The notes under the pieces are model-generated. The model was given only the letters and a program-made list of their open reading frames with translations, ran no database searches and was not told where the DNA came from. Shown here one piece after another: positions 26,393 to 39,700 of a stretch of DNA of 64,000 bases. The position numbers and the translations under genes were made by a program. The DNA comes from Bugula neritina. Its lineage: Eukaryota; Animalia; Bryozoa. Each line of letters starts with the position of its first letter. Positions within the stretch are counted from its first letter, which is position 1. The DNA lies in assembly GCA_964035545.1 (NCBI GenBank), contig OZ037767.1:3483680-3547679 (forward strand). The letters are read 5' to 3'.

Positions 26393-29300
26393 TTTTGATT
26401 TAGTGTAAATGTCTGTAATACTGATAGACAGATACTCGTACTGATAGTTTGGGTATGAGTACGCGTATCAGTATGAGATTGAGTGATGGTTAATTTTAAT
26501 TTTTATACTCATGCTGATACTCATAATTGTTTAATATTAATACCTTATTAGTTATTAGTATTAGTAGCACTAGCAGTTATGATTTACTGTCAGTGTTGAT
26601 ACAGGGTGTTCATTAGATTTCATTTACTTTTAGTGATTTACTATTTTAATTTAGCAATAGTATTACTAATAGTAATACTTAGTCTTATGCTAGTAGTATA
26701 ACTATAACTTTATAATTTTGGTATAACTTTTTAGTATAACCTTTACTTTAATTTTAATTATTGCTAATAAATTGTTATTATTTTCTTCGAGTATTGATAT
26801 TGGTATTATAATCAGAGTGATGATCATAATGATACTAACTAATAATAATTTACTATTTTATACTAATACTAATTTAAATATTAAAACTCCTAGCAATCAT
26901 AACGATAGTCAACTTCAGGTCTTGTAACTACACTCTACAGTCACTGTGAAAATCAAAATAATTTCAGTTTAAACTATTATTTATAAACTTATACTTATAG
27001 TTAATGTTACCAATACTTATAGTTTTTAGTTCATCTGTTGTCTTGATCAGGTTAATGTAATGGTTTACTTTGAGTTTTTGTTATCCTTAATAATAACTAA
27101 AGTTAAACAAAATTTTAGCTTTTGACTTTAATTGAAGCACAAGTTTAATTTGTTAGTAAATGTTTAATTTAATAAATATACCAAATATGTGATAAATTCA
27201 ACTTTCTACAAAAATTGATATTTCATAAATGATTTTATCTAGGTTTCATTACTAATAACTTTATATTAAATTACAGTTCATGTAAATCATGTTGGTTTTG
27301 ATATGTTGATTTTGGTTATTAAAATATAAACCTCCGCTAAATAATATTGTAATTTACTAAGGCAATCGTTATCATCTTTTTGCTAACTTTAATTTTTAAG
27401 TTATTGTCATGATAACCTAACGTCATGGTCCTTACTCGTGTCCTAACTTTATTTCTTTGAACAGCGGGTTAGAATGGTTTAATATCTACACCGTAGCATA
27501 CATTCGTATATGGTAATTGTCTGTGTTTCTATGGTCACCTATCTACTAACTTCTAAATTTTAAACCAACTTAGGTAAAGCAGCATTCTCCATCAATGACT
27601 AGAAAATACACCAGCATACAGTCTGAGTTTCATAGCTAATAGTAAAGAGATGGAGAAAACTAGTTAGCCTAAACTATGTAAACTATTCTACACTGTTTAT
27701 CAAAGCCCCAAATGTTGCAGTGGAAAGTTTTGCAGTTTTAAATTTTCATGACTGCGGCTGGAAAAGACACTTTTTTTTCCGTTTAACAATTTAGGTCTCA
27801 TGAGGTACAGTTGTATAAATAAATTTAAAGATGATATTTTTATTTAAACAATTTTATTCAAAGTTTAAACCTAGCAAACATCCTTATAAATGGGAATGCA
27901 TGGACAATTGGGGACAATTGCCTACTTTCTCTGGCTCAATCTGTATTATTTGCGTATCAATGACACATACCTAATGTTCATAGTTTAGTAGAGCAATTGT
28001 TTCAAGTTTCTTTTGTATGATATAATAAGACATTATTGATTTATTGGAAAATGTGATGTAACAATCATTCGAATCAGTAAATGTAAACGGAAGTTTTTTA
28101 CCAAAAGATTTTTACATAAGTCAATATATAGTTATGGCAGAGCCAATAATTCATCTTTTAAATTTTCAGTTTTTCTTCTTGAAGCAATGTTATAAATCTC
28201 TCATGGCTAACAGGCTATGAAAGATCTCCGCAGCAAATATTACAGCTTTGGTAATTAGACAATTTTGTTAGCTAATTTAGCATACTCGTAATTAGTGTCC
28301 TCATTCAATGACTGCGCTCTGGTCCTGGCTGAAAACTTTGTGTTGAGTAAATTTAAAATTAATTTAGTTTTTTTTATTTAGTATAAATACTATTCCTTTG
28401 CAATAATACCAGAAACAGTTAACTATTGCATTTTTCTAACTCTTGAATGTCACTACTTCAGTTACTGACAATAACCATTGGTCATTGCTACTGTCCTTGT
28501 AGTTTAGGTGGCATACAGGCAGTTCTCTATTTCACTTTTCTAGATGGCTTTGATAGTAATATTGATTTATGATGCTAATTACTTTTGGTTTTAGTGCAAA
28601 CGCAATCTTTTACTTTCTTTTTATGGTTTACTGGTTGTCAACATCTAACATTAAAAGGTGGAATGAAAAAATGAATACTAAAAAACAAGTTAAACTTACA
28701 AACTGATCTCTATTCTGTTAAACGAACTAGGTGATATGTTGGGTGTTGGATTTTCAAATAGACTTGTAATATTCGCCAGCATCTGTAAGTTTTCTGTGCT
28801 TTGATACTTTTGTTGTGTTTCAACTGCCCATATTTTACTAACCACAGTTCATAAAACAACTGAATGCAATTATTGTTAACCAAGATGGTTGATTTATTCA
28901 ATTGAATAGAATTAGATGTTCAATATGCACTGCAGCTCTCATTGTAGCTGGTTTTGATACAGTATAATGATTCTGTTGGGCTGAATGTAAAACATTGTAT
29001 TCTATTTACAACGAGTACAAAACCCACTGGAACTAACTGCTTGTCTAGTATGTATCGTAAATAAATAAAGGCTTATAGTAGGTGTTGTGTGCTGAGGTGT
29101 TTCATTCTAATTAATCATTTGTATATGTCTTTGTGAGATTTCGTTTCCTGCACAGTTTGTAGTCTGTATTTACTAATTAATTTAATACAAGCATAGATAG
29201 CTGTGTTTAATGTCAGGTAACTTTACGGCACATTTCTTCCTAATCTGCACTCCAGACTACTGCTTAATTACAATCTCATTGGGAGTTTAGCTTAGGGTTA

Positions 29301-30739
29301 GACTAACTACTACCTGGCTATGTTTCTAATATTTGAAAAATCATTTACTCTTAATGAATATTCAATCCGACTATCATTGGGAGGGGGAGGGGGGCTTACC
29401 CCATTCAGTTTCTGTATCTAAAAGTTTTGGTGTCCTTGTTTAATGGATAGTAACTCACCATTTTGTTGACTGACCGAATATTGAGCCTGTGGCATTACCT
29501 CAGTATGGCAACACATGTTATAATGTCCATTAATAATCTTTGATGGTCGTTCAATGCCTCACTAATTTGCAAATTAGATTTGGGTCACTAATAATTATCA
29601 TTTTGAATATGCAACCCTGTGGCATACAAAATGCCTATTTGCTTCTAAAGATTTTCTCTTTAGTACCTTCAATCTGATAATATTTTTTCCTTTTTACAAA
29701 AGCCTGATGGCTGCTATGTAATTGAATTATCAAACAGTCTTTGTTAATGTTTGCCTCTCCTTATCCAGTCTATCCCTTCATAAGTCCAGATGATGTTTCA
29801 AAGTTACTTGATACACAAAATATTCCTAGATAATCATATTTTAAATGCAATGCTTGCCAAAAATCACCTGCTTTGCTCTTTTCAACTGGATCCCTGCTCC
29901 TAACTCCTGAATGTTAATGACTTATTAATGGAATTTCAATTCTTTGTCCTACACTGGGATCTCATCTTGCAAACAGCTGATCCATCTAACATGTAGGCTA
30001 CTGCTCAGCTCTTATTTGTCTATAAAAAAGAAAGACTAGTAAAAATGCTGTTTGTTTGAATAAAGCAAAATTTTAGATTTAGATTTTAATAAGAAATTGT
30101 TTTTTATTTTCATAAAATATATAAATAACTCTATCCACCATTTTTTTTCAACAACAGGAGTTTAAATTAGCAAAAGTATAATTTTTCTTTAAATCTACAA
30201 AATATTTTTAGATTACAGTCACTGAATACAATTCAACAGTTCACAAAGACACGACATGTATTTAACCTCATGCTAGTTTTAAGTCTTAACAACATTTTGA
30301 TATCTCAATACCGTGATAAATATTTTAATTTACTTCTACTAGACAGTTCAGAATTCCGTTACTAATAATTATTGATCAAATTGCCTGTATTTAAACCAGG
30401 GTCTTTAATTTTACCATTGATTTTTCTATAATTGGTGTTAAAACTGTAATTAAGATTTGATTAATTACGGTTATTTCTGTTATTTGCTGAAAGACAGCTG
30501 AAGTTCTGGGAACGGGTGAAGCCAATATACAGGCATCCTGTTTCACTGCCATTTCACCTGCTCTACAGAGTAACTACAAGTCATTCATACCGACTGATGT
30601 GTAGTGGTACACTCATAACATGGACATGGTTGTAATACTTGCAGACTGTTTTAGAGGCACAAAGGTTGGGAACTGACTGACTGAATCATTCATGAGATGA
30701 ATAGAGTAGATTATCAGTCTGGATTCAGCTAGTATCAAC

Positions 30740-33700
30740 ATGGCAGCTCCTGATAGTAACAGGCATTATTATGAACATCCCAGTCATAGGTAAGTCTTAT
30801 ACTTTTCTGTAAGTTCTTTACTTACTTTTCTGTAAGTTATTTACTTACTGTATAGGTAAGTCTTGTAGTGACTACTCTGTAAGCTCTTACTATGTAGGTA
30901 AGTCTTGTACTTACTTTTCTGTAACTTATTTACTTACTACTCTGTAAGGTCTTTACTTACTGTGTGGGTAAGTCTTGTACTTACTGCTGTGGTAAGTTCG
31001 CTACTCGTTCTTCTGTAAATATTTTATTTACTCTTCTGTAATTCTTTACCTACTCCTCTGTAAGTTTGTTACTTACTGTGTAGGTAAATTTTTTACTTAC
31101 CTTTTGGGGAATTCCTAACTTAGTATAAGGGTCTTACTTGAATAGCCTGATAAATAGTAAGTCTAACTTAGTAAGTCTTCAAATAGTAGTGTTACTGCAG
31201 GGTTATCAGATTGTAGTTGCACATCAAAGTGAATATCACAGTGAGTGAATGCAATTAAAGCTTTTAGAGGTGTCAATTTTTAGCCTTATGCTAAAGGGTG
31301 CATACGATGCCTGCCTTCCCTCCTTATTATATCATCAATGAAACATAGCTATTTGTTGTGCAATTGTAAACAAAACATTCTCATCTTTCAAAAATTATGA
31401 TTGTAAAAACAGTTGGGATTTTATTTGTTTCTGTTTGCTGTTCAATCACCTCCTCAAATCTTCCTATGATTTCCATTTTAAAATGCATTCATATTTCACA
31501 TCTATATCTGCTTTAAGAGTAGACTAGTTGACTAGTTCTCATACAAATACTTTTACCACACAGTTAAGAGGGCTTGCACAATTATTCTTCCTAACTGTTC
31601 AACAGTGACACAGGCATTTCGCTATTCATTGTTTTACACCCAATCAAGGCCACTCATACAAGCAGAAGTTATGTTTAAAAGTCTATGTTAGAAGGGGGAG
31701 GGCTGGATTTAAAGGTTTTTAGGTCACAAGTCACCCCAGGATATCCAATAAGGGGCATCCCTGTTCTAAAAATAGAGTTTTTTACTAATCAACTTTTCTA
31801 TCTGCCACTTTTATCACTTCAACTGTTATTTTCACTAAAAATTGCATTCAGCAGGAATCACTATTCAGTTTACTACAGCTTCTACTGGTCTATTTTATTT
31901 TTAGTAACAGTTGTTAGTTCTTACTGTTTATCTCAGTTTCTATTCTTTATCTGGTGTTGAAATTCCTGAGCATGATAGGGAGGGAAGACACAAAGGCTAA
32001 TTAACATTTATAAGGGTAATTTATCAATTTCATTCTGTTGTATTTCTATAGTAACCATGCAGCTGAGTATTTCACTCTGTACTAGTAATAAATAACTGTT
32101 ATTTATTACTGTTACGGGCTACTTAGCATGCACTACTGTAAGTTGATTTAAATTCAAATTACAACATTTAGCAATTATTGGGAAAAAGTTGTAATACACT
32201 TCCATTGGGTTATGGCTGTTCCACTACATTTGACACTTGGGAGAGTGGCATTGTGGGTTTAGAGCACAACACATAGAATTCTAACCAGCATGTAGCTAGA
32301 TTGCATGCACCAACCATGAACAACTATGATGTAAATAGGCTGATAGTCAATAGCTTAGCATTATTACTCTCTGTAAAAGACTCTCCCTAGAAGGTGTCCC
32401 TAGAGGGTGTCCCTAGAGGGCTGTCCTTGACTAATGAAGGGCCAATGTCTACTTTTTTAATTCTCCCCCATAGCCAGGTATGCCGTAAGCACCACTAACT
32501 AATGAATGCGCTGTACACCACTCTATAACAACAGGTAGTGAACAAGCCTCTACTATTCAGGTGTAAATATTGGCATACCGACCTTCTAACAGTTTCGGGT
32601 TACATATTTTCTCATTATTTTGTTTATGCTCAGCGCCTTTCAAGTCAGCTCAAAGCCTTTGTGTTAATTCTTATGGTGTTAACATTTAGTGCTCACTCTA
32701 TGTGGGGCAGATAATTCCTTGAATGTTGGTTGGTTAGGCAAATGTCTTGATTTTAAATGGCCTATTTCATTTTTTTAACAACACTTAACTCTAAAGTATA
32801 ATATTTAAGAAATATTAATTTCATTCCTAGGGGCCATAAACTGAAAGTGATTGTGGGTTTTAAGCTCCTCTTAGTATAATAGTGGAATTAGGATTATTAG
32901 TTGCATATGGGGAACTTAACGAAACTGTACAATATGTGCACCTTGAAATCCCCAAGTATTTTATCAACTAATCCACCCTGTGGTATTTACTTAACAACTT
33001 CCCTTTCAACAACTGCTAATGTAACAATCTTACCCCTTCACCTGGCCTGTTTGAAAATTGAACTGTAGTAGTCCAACTGCCATTTGCAATGTTTGCACAT
33101 TGCTGATATAACGTTATATAACAGTAGCCACTTCTATGACATCTAGGGACAGGACAATGGATGTGTCGGAGTACTACACAAATCCACTGGATATCCACAG
33201 CGGAAATATAGGCAGCAGACCGAGCAGCGCGTCTGAACAGATGCGACCAGATCTATCTGATAATCCTACAGATTCATTCTACAGGTGAGTTATATAGTAT
33301 AGTATAGTATAGTAGGTTATATTTACTCATAGTGAGTTATATATACTCATAATGAGTTATATATACCCATAGTGAGTTATATATACTCATAGTGAGTTAT
33401 ATATACTCATAGTGAGTTATATATACTCATAGTGAGTTATATTTACTCGTAGTGAGTTATATATACTCATAATGAGTTATATATAGTCATAGTGAGTTAT
33501 ATATACTCATAATGAGTTATATATACTCATAGTGAGTTATATATACTCATAGTGAGTTATATTTACTCATAGTGAGTTATATTTACTCCTATTAGCAAAC
33601 ATCTGATGGTAGGCGGCCATTCTCTCATAGCCAGTTACAGAAAAAGTTAGGAATGCAGTGACTCATGCCATGTACCTGGATTTCTGATTTATGGAGCATT

Positions 33701-36700
33701 ATTATGCATTGGTCTTGTTGCTAATGTTAATTTACTGTTATTATGCAGAACATGCTTGAAACCTTTGTGAGAAAAATTCAATAACAACTACAGAGGCCTT
33801 GCATGTTTGTGTGAATGAATGGCTCATTCACTCTCACTCACTCACTCACTCTCTCATAGTTGACTCACTCACTCATCCACTCACTCACTCACTCACTCAC
33901 TCACTCAATGACACTTTCTTGTTATCAACTGATATTCAACAATAGAATCTATAGTTAGTAACCGACCAATGTCATTGACTTCACTTTCTCCCCTCTCAAA
34001 TATGCCAACTCCGTATGTTTAACGATTTTCATAAACTACTTTGCTTTTTAACTGAAATTCAATTTCAATATTTGAGCCTTAATTCCAGAGCAAAGTTACG
34101 AGACGGGTTCGTAGACTTGCGCAACTCCTACCAGAGAGTGAACCAGAGAGGTGGTAGCCAGTTTACTGGCTCCCAGAACCAGATCTACAGTACACCAAAC
34201 CACCACCAGCCCCGGAATCTTAAACCTCAGCCGGATGTCACTAGACCACTCAGCATGCACGCTTCAGGTGAGTAGCTGTACGTCACCCAGGTGGCTGAGA
34301 GTTGGTTTACTTGCATGCTGTGTGGAGGTCAAGAGAACACGATTCCATGTTTTGATGTTATAGTATCTGATGAAGCTTGTATATATTGTGTTTATTGCTT
34401 CTTTGTCTTTTCAGATTTCTAATTTACCATTAATTTGCAATGATTGGAAAAATAATCAGGAAATGTCATCTTATAAGTATATTATATGGTTGTTAATCCA
34501 AGTCAAACAAATAATTAAGTTAGTGTCAAACAGGTGAAAGTAGAGGAGATAACTTTCCTGTTTATATGTTCATAACTTGGATGTATGCAAATGTAGTGAC
34601 TGTTAGAGACCTTTTCTGGTATTCCTCTCCAGGGGGTAAAGCTACCTGCAGTTGAATGCTATGGTGGACAGATTAGTGAACTTAGATGAAGTAGTTACAT
34701 TGTGTGTGTGTGTGTGTGTGGGGGGGGGGGCTTGCGTTCGGTGGATCTGGAAGTCAGGTGCCCCTGTAAGATTGAGGGCTTAGATTTTTGCTGCTTAGTG
34801 ACATTCTAGTAATTTTGTGCCCCAAAGGCTTGATTTCAGTCACTGAAATTCAAACCAATTTGTTACAACTTCTGCCTCTGCCCAACAAGACGTAACTGAA
34901 ATATCTGCTGTTATATTTACTGCGACACTCCTCTGCCTTATCTCGTGCTAGTGAGAAATAGATGGTGTAGCAGTCTATAGACTCTGGAATTATCATTATT
35001 TTACTGATAATTATAGACATTCCAGGAGCCATCGCAGGTGAAAGCCACTTGTTTTTGATATCATGGTAGCTGATTCAATGTGTTCTCCTTACACAAGCAT
35101 TTTAATTGAAACCACAAGGCTAGACTTGCCTTCAATGGAATAATAACCATCCTGTATAGGACTGAAAGTACATCAGCATACTAACAGCTGATGTTAGTTA
35201 TTCAGTATCATACCTGTTTAGTATTCCCTATACACATATATACTGTACCACCACATGTATACTGTAGCAACACATGTATACTGTAGCAACACATGTATAC
35301 TGTACCAACAGCGAGACACTGTAAGAAGGAAACACACGTGTCCTACTCCAGGCACTTCATGCCCAACCCACGAAATTCTACAACATTCCTACCTGAAGTT
35401 TGACCCATTAGCATATGTTATAACGTGTTGCATGTATAATGCTGGTGGTAGACTACACTGTGTGCTCACTGCTAACTCTACTACAGTCTATAATCACGGT
35501 CTCTATTGTTCATGTTTTTAGCATATCCCAATAAATCATATGAACATAGCCTGAGAGAACAGGAGTATGGCACGGGATCCTCGCGGGGCTCTAGGGACTC
35601 TAACTATGGTGTCCCCACTCCCCAGGGTGTGTTGTTTAGAAGCAGCAGCGATCTCCAGCTGGACAATAACAATGCGACAGCGTTTCATGACCGCCCCATG
35701 AGGAAGGATTTTGGTAGCGCCGATCTTGTGGAACACAAGCAATCTGGTGAGACTAATAGCTTGATAGACAATAAACTGTGTGTGAGTGGGGGGGGGGTGA
35801 GACCCACCCTCAATAGTGCAGGGATGACCAAGGTTCTGTTGTTAGCTGCGGTAGTGAAACCTTCTTAACAGCTAATGATTGTGATCACCAGATTTCTAGT
35901 TTAAAAAAGATAGGTTGTTATTGCTATGTTATTAGGAGTTATACAGAAATGCTTCAACATTCCATTTGAAAATTTCTCTCAGCGTGTAGGTTATAAAAGC
36001 TCTTCCTTTGCACCAAATATTAGGAAATACACATACTCTGTTACCATGACGATCTTCATCATACATCCACTATCTGCTTTTTGAATAAAATATCACATCC
36101 TGTGCGTTAAGCATTCACACGATTCTACTACCGTAACTCCCCTCTGAATAGCCCTACTACTGTAATTCCCCTCTAAATAGCCCTACTACTGTAACTCCTC
36201 TCTAAATAGCCCAATATACTTCAGTCACCATCAAGATTGAAGAATAAATTAAATAGTTGCAGTTACAGTTTATGTTGAAGCCAAGGACTTACGTCTATGT
36301 GCATGTCTAGATTCCAAAAATAAATTAGCATTTCCTGTGTAATTTTGTAATAGCTGTTCTGAATTCCTTTGGGCATTTATGCTTGGTTAAACGGAACACA
36401 ACTTTTTTTGCCTAACTTTGCGAATTTCGCTGCCATCGTTTGAGTCAGCGTTGAGTTTTCAGTCAAGTTCAGGTTGCCATGTTCGCAGACTGCGTATTTT
36501 ATACCCACTTCTGGCCCAGCCTTCTCTCATTACACTAAGCCTAGGGCCACACGGTGCGTATTTTCGCATGCGAAAATTGAAATCACAAGTAGCAAAGGTG
36601 TCCACTGTGCACGTTGAGAAAACATTCGCACTTGTCGCTCTGCATTTTTCAACGCAAGTGCGAATCGTCTCTGTCGTCGTCACCTAATTGGCTGGTAGCT

Positions 36701-39700
36701 ATTCAGCGAGCCCAATTTCTTTATTTAGTGCTACATTCCAGTAAATTGCGTTTTATTGAAAGCGAGTGCGATTTAAAAATGAAAGCTTTATTTATCACGC
36801 ATCACTGACGCTACAGTGGACACCTTTGCTACTTGTGATTTCAATTTTCGCATGCGAAAATACGCACCGTGTGGCCCAAGGCTAAAACTAGCTGGAGACA
36901 TGTCCCAGCATATCTTCTATACTATATGACTCAGAGTCACCACCTCAATACATGTATCTGTGTACTCGTCTGTGAATATTACTTCTGCTTGTCATGTATT
37001 TCTTTCCTCCTTCAAACTGCAGTAAAGATTCTCATTGTTTTTCTTCAACCAATAATTAACATCAAAATCAGAGTTCAGAAAATTTGCAAAAACAATGGTT
37101 TTAACTTGTTTGAATTTTCTGAATAAAATATCTCCTCTGTTTGAGGCAGCCAGGTAAATGAAGGCAGCCAGGTAAGTGAAGGCAGCCTTCCTAATAACCT
37201 TAGTTCTGGCAGAGTGTCAACTCTCATCTGATTCACCACCTCATGACATGCTTTAACAGGCAAGCTAATCTCTCTTGTTTATTATTCCTAGATGTACTTG
37301 TCATCTCATGCCATCTGCACTGATGAGCTTGCCTTTACTATCCAATTATTGCATTTCCGGTTTTTATTTCAGCATTTTGCAATATTTAAAATTTTCCAAA
37401 ACTTGGGTTAGTGCAGTGTATTTGCTACAATATTTGGGGAACCCATTGATTCATAGACCAAAGTTTTTAGACAGAAAGTAAGGTCTTGGGGTATTACAGA
37501 AATGGAATTTTTTTTGGTAAAAGCCTGCCTTTCTAATCATTCTCTTATCACATTAGGCAATATTAGGAAAGTAGGCCAAACTGCACAATGTGCCTTAAAT
37601 GCTAAATTAGCCCCAGGGTAAATCCTTGTGCAGGATAGGGTGGGGGTTAACATCCTCTTTCGAAAACACTTTAGTATGTTAGCAAATGTGGGCTATATTT
37701 CATATTGGGAGAATGTATAATTAACTTACTGCTAGCTATGCAAATTTTCAGCCGGTGACACATTGTCACCGTTTGTGGTCTGAGTAGGTTCACACCTTTG
37801 GTCACATGATGTCACGTGATACTTGTAGCTTCATTCAGCAACTCCACTGATGCAGATTTCTTCAACATGTTGACCTCATACAAAGCAGACGGAGCTGTCG
37901 ACCAGAGGGCACCTGCCCCACCTGGCATGCACAATGTCCTGAGGGGAGAAGCCGATGTCCATCTCTCTCCCACGAAGCCCGCACGATCCGGACACCCCCC
38001 TCAACTTCAGGTGCAGGTGTACCAGCCCAGACAGTCTCTGCTCCCCCAGCACCCCTCTCACCCCCAGCACCCCTCTCACTCCCAGCACTACCAACAACCA
38101 CCACCTAAACCTCCACACGCTCACAACATAGCTCAACCTCACCAACAGGTTAGAAATCAAGTTTATATTGTTAGAGAGTTTACTTTTTGAAAAATAGTCT
38201 TTGAGGTCAACCAAATAACCCATTTGATCATTTTTCGGATTAACATAAAATTAATCATCTTAGAAATACCCTGTAGTTGGGAGTTATCCCTCCTTGCATG
38301 TTATCTGTGGAGTTATTTTCTCAGTCAAAAATTGTTGAGGAAAGTTTTAAGAAGACTTACTTCATAATTTCCAAGTTACTGAATCTAGCTATTATCTTCT
38401 CTCTGATATTATGTACCCAACTATTCTTACAGCCCTACACGGCAGCTGCCATTCCCTCGGCTAACTCATCCACACCCCACCAATCTCTAGATGCAATTAA
38501 ACGTAGCCCAAAATCTAACAAGAAGGCTCAGAGGCCAAGGTCGGGCGACGTGTCGGCCCTGTTGCGAAAGCTCCGTCCTACCAAAGGTGAAGGTGATTCG
38601 AATGCACGGACAGCCGACTCTGCCAACGACTCACAAAGTAAGTTTTTATGTTTATCTGCCCTGGTAGTGTATATACGGTATGAGTGTGTTTATAATTTGG
38701 TCAGGTTGTAGTAGAACTGCATGTAGAGCTTGTCATGTGATGTAAACACGGTCTCTAAAGTTACAGTGACATCACTGCAGAGGTTCTGTTGCAGTGACGT
38801 ACACACGTGACTGACTAAGTGCAATGTATGTTAGGGCTAAGCTAGAGGGGGTATGCTAGGTGTCCAACTTGCACTGTCGAAAACCTTGTTTCGCAAGCCT
38901 CAACCCCGCAAGTTGAACTCTGTTGGTTGGCATGTGATGAAAGTAAGCATTGGCGTTATAGCGTCACAGCCTAGTGTATGGCATTGTGTATGACAGGACG
39001 CATATAACTGTGTTACAATAGTTTCACAGCTAATATATGCTGGTACATTATACACCTGCTTCATGCACTGACACTATAGACATCCAGTGAGCAGATATGA
39101 TCATCCCTGTTCCAGCAGTACACAAATCTTGTCATCTACACTTCTTGGTACTGTTGTCTATCAATATCCTGCTCTTACCAAAACAATGCTGGTTGTGATG
39201 ACAGCTGATTTGTTATCTAGCTCTGTGTACTGGAATCATAACCTACCTTATCTGATCTGTATACCCACAATGCTGTTGAATTAAATATTTACCTTATCTT
39301 TATTGACCTGGTCTATCATTGCCATTCAGTCTCATATCTATTGTATATTAAGCTGGCGAGTTATATGTTCAATCTAAATCTTCTTATCTTACATTGAAAG
39401 ACAAAGATGCTATTTTATTAGCTGAGATCTTTGATTGCTAGTTGATGGGTTTAAGCTATATATAATTACTCTGATATATGGGCAGATAATTCCTCATCTG
39501 TAGCTACTCATTCAAACTCAGATTTTGGCTCTTCCCCTTTAACACAAATTTTGAAAAAATAATAGACATATCTATATTATATCACTGACAGTTCTACAGT
39601 TTAAAGTTTGACTATAACTAAAAGTGTCACCATAACTAACAGTTTCACTATAACTAGCAGTTTCACTATAACTAGCAGTTTGACTAGAACTAACAGTTTC

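Noticed and set aside
36418-36808. ORFs of 64-89 aa as a possible transposase
   Set aside because: They are incidental frames across a non-coding MITE and show no DDE motifs.
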